Source of the DNA: Planctomycetota bacterium
GTDB lineage: Bacteria; Planctomycetota; J132
DNA length: 50,889 nt
Direction of reading: 5' to 3'
NCBI GenBank assembly: GCA_003694635.1
Contig: RFKQ01000123.1
Coordinates: forward strand, 1 to 50,889
The notes under the pieces are model-generated. The model saw only the letters and a list, made by a program, of their open reading frames with translations, searched no databases and was not told the origin of the DNA. This document shows, piece by piece, positions 36,708 to 44,747 of the stretch; within the stretch, counting starts at the first letter, position 1, and every line of letters starts with the position of its first letter. The translations under genes and the position numbers were made by a program.

Positions 36708-37796
36708 ATGGACGAAAAAACCAAAAAGCAAGCCCTGGATTACGCTTTGGCTCAGATCAAGAAAAAGTGCGGACCGGGCTCCATTATGCGCTTGGGGACA
36801 AAGCACACAGCAAAAGTGGATACCATCTCCACCGGCTCCCTCTCTTTGGACTATGCCCTAGGAATTGGAGGGGTCCCCAAAGGAAGAATTGTAGAAATCT
36901 TTGGCGCCGAGTCCTCTGGCAAAACCACACTGGCTTTACATATTATCGCTAACGTTCAGAAGAACAAAGGAGTAGCGGTATTCATCGACGCAGAACACGC
37001 CTTAGATCCCAACTATGCCAAGAAATTAGGTGTGAACTTGGATACCCTTTTGGTCTCGCAGCCGGACTCTGGAGAACAAGCCCTAGAGATAGCCTCTTTA
37101 CTTACCCAAAGCAACGCCATTGACCTATTTGTCATAGACTCCGTGGCAGCCCTTGTTCCCCAAGCCGAATTAAATGGTGAAATGGGAGATGTCCACGTTG
37201 GTCTGCAAGCTCGCCTGATGTCCCAAGCATTGCGCAAAATAACTGGATACATTCATAAAAGCAACACATGCGGGATTTTTATCAATCAAATCCGAGAAAA
37301 AATAGGCGGCTATGGCAACCCAGAAGTAACCACCGGTGGAAATGCTCTAAAATTCTACGCATCCATACGAATCGCCATCCGCAAATCCAGCGCCATCAAA
37401 GATGGAGATCGCTTAAAAGGACACCGGGCTGTGGCAAAAGTGGTAAAAAACAAACTGGCTCCTCCTTTTCGAAGCGCCGAGTTTGACATTCTGTTCGACA
37501 AAGGCATCAACTGGGCCGGTGATGTGCTGGATTTAGCTGTGGCAGAAGGAATCGTAACGCGAAGCGGATCCTGGTATTCCTACGGAAATGTAAAGCTAGG
37601 CCAAGGCAGAGATAAAGTGGTGGAGTTTTTGGAAGAAACCCCTTCCGTACTGGTGGATATCGAAAGCGATGTCTTGGCAAAAGTCTATCCACAAGAACTA
37701 GCGCCCTCTACGAATACCAAAACAGAAGGGGAAAAGGAAAAAAAAGAGGAAAAAAAACCAGAGAATAAAGCGAAGAAAAAAATTATCAAATCCTAA
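36708..37796 (+). CDS. recA: Recombinase RecA
   Basis: GGAGG before the ATG at 36708. [60 protein letters not shown] (Walker A), [40 protein letters not shown]. Unusual Lys/Glu-rich C-terminal tail. Confidence 0.97.
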   Translation: MDEKTKKQALDYALAQIKKKCGPGSIMRLGTKHTAKVDTISTGSLSLDYALGIGGVPKGRIVEIFGAESSGKTTLALHIIANVQKNKGVAVFIDAEHALDPNYAKKLGVNLDTLLVSQPDSGEQALEIASLLTQSNAIDLFVIDSVAALVPQAELNGEMGDVHVGLQARLMSQALRKITGYIHKSNTCGIFINQIREKIGGYGNPEVTTGGNALKFYASIRIAIRKSSAIKDGDRLKGHRAVAKVVKNKLAPPFRSAEFDILFDKGINWAGDVLDLAVAEGIVTRSGSWYSYGNVKLGQGRDKVVEFLEETPSVLVDIESDVLAKVYPQELAPSTNTKTEGEKEKKEEKKPENKAKKKIIKS

Positions 37797-37816
37797 ACCA
37801 GCCTTTAAAACCAAAG

Positions 37817-37841
37817 GGAGTCCTTTCTGAAAAAGGGCTCC
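37817..37841 (+). terminator. Hairpin downstream of recA (possible terminator)
   Basis: GGAGUCCUUU-CUGA-AAAGGGCUCC (10 bp with one G-U). Only a weak U tract follows. Confidence 0.4.
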
Positions 37842-38272
37842 TCTTGCCAACTCCCCCTCAAATTTTATAAAAAAAACCCTTTTGACAAAAAATTTTTTTC
37901 AAACAAGCCCCTACTAACCCTCCCTCAAAACCATTTTGTCAAAAAAATTTTCTAACCCATTTCTCAAAAACGTTCATACCTAAACCCACTTAGAAAAAGA
38001 AGGCTAGACTTTCCAACAAACATTTCCTCTCGGCCCCCTTTTCCCAAAAAGTTTCGTAGCTCCAACAATACCACCAAAATTTCTTACTTTTCCCCAACCT
38101 CCTTCCCTCTTCATCAATCCCTTTCCCTATCCGCACATTTTCTGAGAATCCAGCACCCCAAAAGCAAAACAAGCTCCCTCAACAACTCCGCAGACTCCAC
38201 AGCTCTGTCCTCCATAAACAGCAAAATTCCCCCCAAACTAAGATGGACTCCCGCAAAAATCGCAGACAACCC

Positions 38273-39403
38273 TTAAGTACTTTTTTCCCGATTCAAACGG
38301 CGAATGGATGATAAAAACTCCTTCAATCCTACTTCTTTGTTTTTCAAAAACCAATCTAGGTCGGGATATTGGAATTTCCTTGGATCTTCCTCTGCGTAAA
38401 GAAGCATAGCCCGCAGTTGCTTTAACAGCTGAGAGTCATATTCGCCGCCTAGATGGTACTTTTCCTTCTCTTGCCGAATGCGGTCCCACTCCTCCTCTGT
38501 GATTGAGCCGGAGGTTTTAAAATCCCGATAGCGATCCTGACAGCGATAAAAATCCTCTCTCTTCGCCTCAAACTCCAGTGCCAAACTCCCCAAACCATAC
38601 GGTCGAGCTCCTCCAATTTTATGGTGTAGATCCCCGCTTAAAGTCAGCTCAGTTTTTTTCCCTTTTAGGCTTTGATCCGGACATTCCACCTTAACCTCTA
38701 TCCCCTTCTCCAGCTCCAGGCAATAGAGCAAAACCCCTAATTCCTCTAAGGTAAGATTGTAAAATGTAAGGGCAAAATCAAACTCCACCCCCGCTGGGAG
38801 ATATTTAATTTTTCTATTTAATTTTGAGTCCTCCTTAAAAGGAGCGTTGGTCCAAATATTAGGTTGATGGAAATAGAATTTGCGCCGCCGACGATCGGAG
38901 TAAAAAGCCTCGTGCTTGGGTTGAGGCGCCCCAGGACGAATGGTAAGCGTCCCTCTACTCGGTGTTTTTCCACTCTTTTGTCTCAAAACTAAATCCTGGA
39001 AAAATACCTTGCCAGGAAACACCACATTTTTTGAATTTTCATCCCTCTGGGCCATACCAAACATAGCGCAAGCCATGCACAGTTGCTTGTCCGATTTGCA
39101 AGCGTTTTTTACCCCATCTCCTGCTACCACGTTGCAGCCTTTTCCTACCACTTCCACAAGGTTGCGAAGCATTCCCTTAAAAGAGGTGGCGGGAATGGCA
39201 TCTACTTTGGTATCAGCTACCTTCGTTCTAAAAGTATTTCCATCTCTTCCCCCAACAAAGATTGGGGTAATGGCCCGGGCGATTCCCTGAATTTTTCCCC
39301 CAAATCCTTGGTACTTTTCGTGGGTTTGCGGCTCATAGCGACGAACCTCCTCCGTAGGGCCAATAAGCCGGTAAGGGTTCCAGAAGGCTTCATTTTTAGG
39401 CAT
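38273..39403 (-). CDS. Type III RAMP protein (Cas7-group, TIGR03986-like)
   Basis: N-terminal FWNPYRLI, IPATSFKGMLRNLVEVV (RAMP motif), CMACAMFG zinc-knuckle/FG motif, C-terminal glycine loop HKIGGARPYGLGSL. AGAGGAG RBS. Confidence 0.7.
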   Translation of the reverse strand: MPKNEAFWNPYRLIGPTEEVRRYEPQTHEKYQGFGGKIQGIARAITPIFVGGRDGNTFRTKVADTKVDAIPATSFKGMLRNLVEVVGKGCNVVAGDGVKNACKSDKQLCMACAMFGMAQRDENSKNVVFPGKVFFQDLVLRQKSGKTPSRGTLTIRPGAPQPKHEAFYSDRRRRKFYFHQPNIWTNAPFKEDSKLNRKIKYLPAGVEFDFALTFYNLTLEELGVLLYCLELEKGIEVKVECPDQSLKGKKTELTLSGDLHHKIGGARPYGLGSLALEFEAKREDFYRCQDRYRDFKTSGSITEEEWDRIRQEKEKYHLGGEYDSQLLKQLRAMLLYAEEDPRKFQYPDLDWFLKNKEVGLKEFLSSIRRLNREKST

Positions 39404-39497
39404 ATCGATTTTACTCCTCTTTCATGGGATTAGAAAAGTTATACTGCTAAGATGGGATAGAAAAAAAGATGTCCCGTCCGGTTAAGAAGAAGTGGAA

Positions 39498-40034
39498 TTA
39501 GGAATATCCGACCAAACTATGGTAGCGAAGAAACTGAACTTCATGAGCTTGATTGCACCACGCTTCCAGAACAAGTTTCACTCGCTTTGCCGGCGTCTCC
39601 AGCGGATAGAAAATCGGGCGGGGAAGGATGGATTCTAACCAGGCGCCGGCAAGGCTCAAATCTTGTTTGCCGGCGGATTCTCCTTCGGAAGAGGTGAGGG
39701 AGTTTCTCTCACCCCAAAGAATATGAGCTTTTTGTTGCGTGGTAAGTCCCACCAGATGGGAGGAATGGTCCGCATCCAGTAAGCTCCAATCTTCCTCACC
39801 AAGAAAAACAGTGCGAAACACACCATCGGGCAATTTGCGCCACCTCCACTCCCCCGAAGGGCAAAATACCCGCCCCCAACTGTGATCATCGGAAATCCTT
39901 TCCTTCTGGAAGAAGTCAAAACACAGTTCGCTAGGCGAGGTGAGTACCATCCAAGCTCCTGAGGGAGGAGCCAGTTGTTGAAGCTTTGCTCTCCAATTTT
40001 CGAGGGATAGATCCTCGGCTTTTAAAACGGCCAT
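39498..40034 (-). CDS. Type III-D accessory protein, tentatively Csx19-like
   Basis: 178-aa Trp-rich ORF with a strong RBS (AAAGGAGGACCAAATG). It sits between two RAMP genes, the position Csx19 takes in III-D operons. No motif that I can recognise. Confidence 0.35.
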   Translation of the reverse strand: MAVLKAEDLSLENWRAKLQQLAPPSGAWMVLTSPSELCFDFFQKERISDDHSWGRVFCPSGEWRWRKLPDGVFRTVFLGEEDWSLLDADHSSHLVGLTTQQKAHILWGERNSLTSSEGESAGKQDLSLAGAWLESILPRPIFYPLETPAKRVKLVLEAWCNQAHEVQFLRYHSLVGYS

Positions 40035-40061
40035 TTGGTCCTCCTTTCCAGCATCAACAGC

Positions 40062-41033
40062 TTACCATTGATGGATAGCAGACCACCAGCGAACGGATTC
40101 TAAGTAGCGATGGAAATAAGGGGCAAGCTTTCCCAAAAGTCCGTCCTTTTTGATTCGATTCTCCTCCACCGTCAGCGGCAACAGATCGTAGCGAATTTGC
40201 ACCCCTCTGGCTTCCTTTTTGGCTTCCTTGAGGGAAAAACGGGGGAGATCAAAACGTTGGATTTGGTAATTCTCCCGCTCTTCTGAAGAAAGAAAGTCCT
40301 CCAATCCCAAAAGCTCGTCCTTAGGGTTTTGGTAATAAATAGCCTGAAACGACTGGAGCGTTCCTCGAATCCCCCCCATTCCTCTAGACTTATGAGCCCC
40401 TAAGCGTAGAAGCCCATCCTCTAGGTCCCAGAGCAAATAACCTAAGGCGCCTAGCATCCACAGCTCTGGGTTGCGCAAGGTAAGACTTGTGTGGAAGCTA
40501 CATTGAGCGGGCAAACATTCGTAGGTGAATAGAGCTCCCTTGACGGGTTTGCTGGTATAGCGATCAAGAGCAACACTTGTACGCTGCTCCGGGCTAACCT
40601 TTTTTTCCAAATAAGCGTCGGAGGTGGAGAGGCGCCCGGTAAAAAAAGCCGAGCCAAACAGCCTACAAGCTGGGCAAGAGTGGCCATAAATCTCAGCAGT
40701 GATTGTGGATTTGGTGTTATTTCTCGACGGTTTATCCTTTTTTTCTTTGAAAAACTGACTGCAACTGGCGGATTTTGGCTCCTTTGTCTCTCTCCCGTAG
40801 GGAACACAAACAGAGTCTTCCTTTAAGGTGCGGCAAATTCTCTCCATATGACTGCGCAATAGCCCCTTTAGAGAACTGCCTGGTAAAAAGCATTCTGGCT
40901 TATCCTCTCTTTTGGTCTGGATAAACGCCATATCCGCATCGCTTAGAGAAGCCATGCCGGATTTGACTAAAATGGGATCGGTGTTGACGATTTGCAGCTT
41001 AAGCTGAAAGACAGAATAAAGTTTTTTGAGCAT
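40062..41033 (-). CDS. cas7: Type III Cas7-family RAMP protein
   Basis: FLPGSSLKGLLRSHMERI, CPACRLFGSAFFTGRL, VALDRYT, glycine loop LGAHKSRGMGGIRG. Confidence 0.75.
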   Translation of the reverse strand: MLKKLYSVFQLKLQIVNTDPILVKSGMASLSDADMAFIQTKREDKPECFLPGSSLKGLLRSHMERICRTLKEDSVCVPYGRETKEPKSASCSQFFKEKKDKPSRNNTKSTITAEIYGHSCPACRLFGSAFFTGRLSTSDAYLEKKVSPEQRTSVALDRYTSKPVKGALFTYECLPAQCSFHTSLTLRNPELWMLGALGYLLWDLEDGLLRLGAHKSRGMGGIRGTLQSFQAIYYQNPKDELLGLEDFLSSEERENYQIQRFDLPRFSLKEAKKEARGVQIRYDLLPLTVEENRIKKDGLLGKLAPYFHRYLESVRWWSAIHQW

Positions 41034-41054
41034 AAAACTCTCCTTTCTAAGGAT

Positions 41055-41900
41055 CTACTGAGAAGCAAACCGCTGCTCCAGCGCTTTTGTTAATTCTGGA
41101 TAAGCATTCTCTGAGGGCTCTTTTTTAAGAAGCCAATTTAGCCAACTTTCTGCATTTTGAAAATCCACTTTATGAACCTCAATATCCTGGAGCTCGGCCA
41201 AACCTATCCCCCGAGAGGTCCCTTTCCCTAGCCGAACCCCCTCCTCCCATTCCAAAAGCACAGCGGTGATCAAGCACAGCTCATCGTTGGAGGGATTTTC
41301 CACCTCAAAGCGCACCCGAAATGAGGTGGAAGCCGGAACCACCTCGTAGTCAAATTTGAATTTATCCACCGCCGTTTCGCTGTCCCTGTCAATGACCACC
41401 CCATCGCGCCTTTCCAGGGTGCCCGCCCAATGTTCGAGCTGGCCATCCTCAAAAAAAACCCGACTTCCCCAAGCGGTGGAGCCAAACAGCTGGCAAATAT
41501 CACAGATTTTTGCCCCCTTGCCCCCACTCAACCCAAGCTGTTGATATCGCTCAAATCCAGAGCTTTTTCGCAGCTCCTCAGGAAGACGGCTCCAGTATTT
41601 TGTATTTGAGACACACTTGTCCAACTCTGCAGGCAAATTATCCGGATCCACCTGGAGCAAAAAACAGCTGCGCAGCCCTAGCAAATGAGCGATTTTCTCG
41701 CAATCGGAGCGGAATTTGCCCTTGAGCGTGGACCCGGGAAGGACCGGCTTACCATCCGAGGAAAGCAACACCCCAAAATCGCTGCCAGTGACTCCCTCAC
41801 GGCCAGAACCAATATGAAAGGGGGTACGGAAAACCAGCTTTCCAGAAACGAAATACTTTTCTTTCCAGCGAAGATGTTGAGCCAAGGATTCTGTCATCAT
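41055..41900 (-). CDS. cas7: Type III Cas7-family RAMP protein (Csm3/Cmr4-like)
   Basis: FHIGSGREGVTGSDFGVLLSSDGKPVLPGSTLKGKFRS, CDICQLFGSTAWGSRVFF, VVIDRDSETAV, glycine loop LGKGTSRGIGLAEL. Start at ATG 41900/41897 after AAAGGAG. Confidence 0.75.
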   Translation of the reverse strand: MMTESLAQHLRWKEKYFVSGKLVFRTPFHIGSGREGVTGSDFGVLLSSDGKPVLPGSTLKGKFRSDCEKIAHLLGLRSCFLLQVDPDNLPAELDKCVSNTKYWSRLPEELRKSSGFERYQQLGLSGGKGAKICDICQLFGSTAWGSRVFFEDGQLEHWAGTLERRDGVVIDRDSETAVDKFKFDYEVVPASTSFRVRFEVENPSNDELCLITAVLLEWEEGVRLGKGTSRGIGLAELQDIEVHKVDFQNAESWLNWLLKKEPSENAYPELTKALEQRFASQ

Positions 41901-41913
41901 CACTCCTTTCTGT

Positions 41914-42384
41914 TTAGGATGGGGATATAGATGGATCATTTTTATTTATCTGATATAGGGCATGGCAGTAAAAATGCTCCAATAACGTGGCACCTAGTTT
42001 TTCTTGAAGAAGTTTTTGCAAGTTTTGCTTTTCTTTTTTGGAGGGAAAACTCTTCTTTTCTAAAAAGGAATCCAACTTCTGTTTAAGATAACTTTTTTTC
42101 TGGAGGTGAAAAATATCAAGAAAAATTTCCCAAAACTCAACGCCCTTATTCTCTTTTTTCAACTTTTCCCTCTGATGGCTAGCATAGGAGATAGCTTCCT
42201 GTAAGCCCCCTAAAGTAAAATAATTTTGTATAGACTTAATCTGATGCTTGGCGGGAAAGTTAGAACTAGAAAGTCTACCTAGCTCTTCTTCTATGTAAGA
42301 ATAGGAATCTTTTTCTAAAAATTCTTGACAATCTTGGCTTTGCAAAATCTCTTGCACCTTTTGTAAAATTTTCTCACTCACCAT
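41914..42384 (-). CDS. Helical small-subunit-like protein (second Cas11-like paralogue)
   Basis: 156 aa, composition looks helical. AKHQIKSIQNYF resembles the Cas11 (T/S)QLRKFY motif. Confidence 0.4.
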   Translation of the reverse strand: MVSEKILQKVQEILQSQDCQEFLEKDSYSYIEEELGRLSSSNFPAKHQIKSIQNYFTLGGLQEAISYASHQREKLKKENKGVEFWEIFLDIFHLQKKSYLKQKLDSFLEKKSFPSKKEKQNLQKLLQEKLGATLLEHFYCHALYQINKNDPSISPS

Positions 42385-42412
42385 TTTTTATCCTTCGCAA
42401 AAAGCCAACGTT

Positions 42413-42772
42413 TTATTTCTTCGCCAAATAAAGGTATTCGTTTACTGCCCCATCGATATAAGCTCTGGCCAAGTAGAGAAGATGGGTGGAAGAAAGTTTT
42501 CCTTTTTCCATTTCTTGCAACCCCTTAAGCTCCTCTAGAAGTTCTTCTCCAAAGGAAGTCCATTTTCTTTGAGTATCTTTGCCTATTTGATTTTTGATAA
42601 AATTGAGGATTTCCGTAAACCTTGAGGTGGAGTAGGCCAAGGTCTGGAGTTTTCTTAGCTGGCTTTTTCCTTCCCCGCGAAAGGCGTCATAGAATTTTTT
42701 TCCCATCTCTACGGATTTTGGATAGATTTTTTTATCTATGATTTCATCCAGATATTTTGGGGATTTATCCAT
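42413..42772 (-). CDS. cas11: Type III small subunit Cas11 (Csm2-like)
   Basis: 119 aa, helical. KSQLRKLQTLAYS matches the Csm2/Cmr5 hallmark. The start overlaps the upstream stop (ATGGATAA). Confidence 0.5.
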   Translation of the reverse strand: MDKSPKYLDEIIDKKIYPKSVEMGKKFYDAFRGEGKSQLRKLQTLAYSTSRFTEILNFIKNQIGKDTQRKWTSFGEELLEELKGLQEMEKGKLSSTHLLYLARAYIDGAVNEYLYLAKK

Positions 42773-43949
42773 TGTTCTCCTCCTTTTTTACAGCGTATTG
42801 AACATGAAATGAGTGAGAGATCCAAACCTGACCAAAGCCCTCTTCTTGGCGTAAGCCAATGCCTTGGTGATGAATGTGGTGGAGGCGTTTGAGGTTTTCC
42901 TTGGAACGACGGGCAGAGCAAAGATAGACGCTGGAGGGTGCTATGGCCCACTCTTCTTCTTTTGGCATGCCATGGGCCATATTCCAACCCCAAACGGGTT
43001 GAAGCTCGCTGTAGGAGTAAAGGAGCTCGGCCGCTTCCAATCCTAGCCACCGCAAGATTTCTTTTTCTTGAGCTGTGTAGCGCAAAAAGGCATCCACCAA
43101 AATCGTGGGGGTTTGCACCGTCAGTGAAAAGATCCAACGCTCTTTTTGAACCTTACAATACTCTGCTGCTTCCTTGCTAAAGCTCTCCAGCGTTTGCTCA
43201 AACGCATCCAGAGAAGGGGGATTTTGGATCTGCAATTGCCACGAGCATTCCCCATAACCCCGAGTGCGACTTTTGCCCAAAAACAGAGGATAATGTTCCA
43301 ATTCCTTGAGCTTTTCAAACGCTTTTTCTTCCCATCTCCCTACACCCCGCAAGCAATAATCTGATGATTGATCTGGCAGCTGGACAAACTCCAAAAAGTA
43401 GAGGATTTGGGGACGAGCGGTTCCACTCCAGCGGTCGATTCCTACATGTGTCCGCTGCCCTTTGAAAAGTTTCACTTGCCGATTTTCCAGAAAGTACCCT
43501 TGCAGAGGTTTTCTGTCCTCATGGCAAACACTGCAGCGGTAGGAACTATCAAAATAGTTTTGAAAAGAGAGAGACTCTTTGCCCCGATGGCAAGTGCCCT
43601 TAAGCGCCTCTAGAAAGAGCAAATCCACCACCCCATGGTGGTTTCGGCCGTTTTTGTCCACCTCTGTCTCAAATCCGTTATATCGCTTGCAGCTATAGGC
43701 GGTCTTGGGAAAAGGAAAGGCCGTTTGTCCGGATTGACTGAGAAAGAGGTAGGGAAAGCGATTGCTCGCGCTAAAAATCTTTTGAAAATCCCCATCCATG
43801 CCGTTGACCGATTGGTAGAGGGCTGCGAACGCCCCTCGAAGAGTGGAGCCGGAGACGTACTCTAAGCTGGAAAGCATCTGATTGTTCCGACTCTGGGAAA
43901 GCACCAGAGGCGATCTTGGAATCAATTTAATCTCCACAAATTGCGCCAT
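42765..43949 (-). CDS. Cas5-group large RAMP (Csx10-like)
   Basis: LEYVSGSTLRGAFAALY near the N-terminus, Cys cluster (CKRYNG..CSVCHED), C-terminal glycine loop HHQGIGLRQEEGFGQVW. ~394 aa, in the Csx10 position of III-D operons. Confidence 0.6.
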   Translation of the reverse strand: MAQFVEIKLIPRSPLVLSQSRNNQMLSSLEYVSGSTLRGAFAALYQSVNGMDGDFQKIFSASNRFPYLFLSQSGQTAFPFPKTAYSCKRYNGFETEVDKNGRNHHGVVDLLFLEALKGTCHRGKESLSFQNYFDSSYRCSVCHEDRKPLQGYFLENRQVKLFKGQRTHVGIDRWSGTARPQILYFLEFVQLPDQSSDYCLRGVGRWEEKAFEKLKELEHYPLFLGKSRTRGYGECSWQLQIQNPPSLDAFEQTLESFSKEAAEYCKVQKERWIFSLTVQTPTILVDAFLRYTAQEKEILRWLGLEAAELLYSYSELQPVWGWNMAHGMPKEEEWAIAPSSVYLCSARRSKENLKRLHHIHHQGIGLRQEEGFGQVWISHSFHVQYAVKKEENNG

Positions 43950-43959
43950 AGTCAAGCTC

Positions 43960-44730
43960 CTAATCGAGTTCTTTGAGTTCTTTTAGATTGTCTTCTGCTC
44001 TTTTCTCAGGCTCAAATTGAGCCATTTTTAGAGCTTTGAGAAGGGGGGAAAGTTCCGAGCTTTCCACTTTCTCACCTTGGAATTGAATGCTAAGCTGATC
44101 TCTATCCACATTTAGCCTGCCTAACCCATGGCTTTTCCCTCCTCCCATTCGTTCTAAAGCCAGAAGAGAGGCCAGAAGTAGGGAGTACTCAAACGGCCAG
44201 GGCTCTCGGGCTAGAGCAATCTTATCTAATCCATCATCGTACGCAGGGTAGAGGTGCTCTTTGGGATGGATGGCTAAGATCCTTCCTCGAAAAGCAAGAG
44301 GGGGCACTTGCTCGGTAGAATAGAGGTGCCCGGCGATGGCGGTGCGGGCCACTCTATCGTACATATTCCTCGTGATCACTTCGTATTCAATTTCCTCTTC
44401 TTCTGGGGTAGCATTGGAGAAATAAAGTCGGTCGCCTTGGGATTTTGAACCAAACAGCCGATCGATCAGGTAAGGGCTAGGAGCGATGTACAACCTTTCC
44501 AAAGGCCAGTCTTGGTGAGGGTCGGCAATGTTCTCAAATCCTAGCGTGGCGGCGAGGCGCTCGGCGGCATATCGACAGCAGCCTTTGATGGTCGAACCAG
44601 GCAAAAATGGGCGACCATCTCTATCCTTTAGGACTTTTCTATCGATCAGCGAGCCGCCTTTGCCACTTCCAATGTGCAAGGGGGTCTGAAAGACAATACG
44701 ATAAGAAATTTCTAGCCGATACATAAACAT
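43960..44730 (-). CDS. cas7: Type III Cas7-family RAMP protein (Csm3-like)
   Basis: PLHIGSGKGGSLIDRKVLKDRDGRPFLPGSTIKGCCRYAAERL, LFGSKSQGDRLYFSN, glycine loop MGGGKSHGLGRL. Confidence 0.8.
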   Translation of the reverse strand: MFMYRLEISYRIVFQTPLHIGSGKGGSLIDRKVLKDRDGRPFLPGSTIKGCCRYAAERLAATLGFENIADPHQDWPLERLYIAPSPYLIDRLFGSKSQGDRLYFSNATPEEEEIEYEVITRNMYDRVARTAIAGHLYSTEQVPPLAFRGRILAIHPKEHLYPAYDDGLDKIALAREPWPFEYSLLLASLLALERMGGGKSHGLGRLNVDRDQLSIQFQGEKVESSELSPLLKALKMAQFEPEKRAEDNLKELKELD

Positions 44731-44747
44731 ATTCCAGGCTCCTTTAT

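Noticed and set aside
37850-38272. A possible mini CRISPR array or leader downstream of the last type III gene. TTTTGACAAAAAATTTTTTT and TTTTGTCAAAAAAATTTT lie ~54 nt apart.
   Set aside because: There are only two short A/T palindrome-like copies, with no 25-40 nt direct repeats and no regular spacers. The 46509-46856 region was also inspected and contains no repeats. These are more likely promoter or operator-like AT tracts.
42736-43137. 133-aa minus-strand ORF overlapping the 3' part of the Csx10-like gene in another frame.
   Set aside because: It is fully nested in a gene with RAMP motifs, its translation is Arg/Pro-rich and low-complexity, and it has no RBS.
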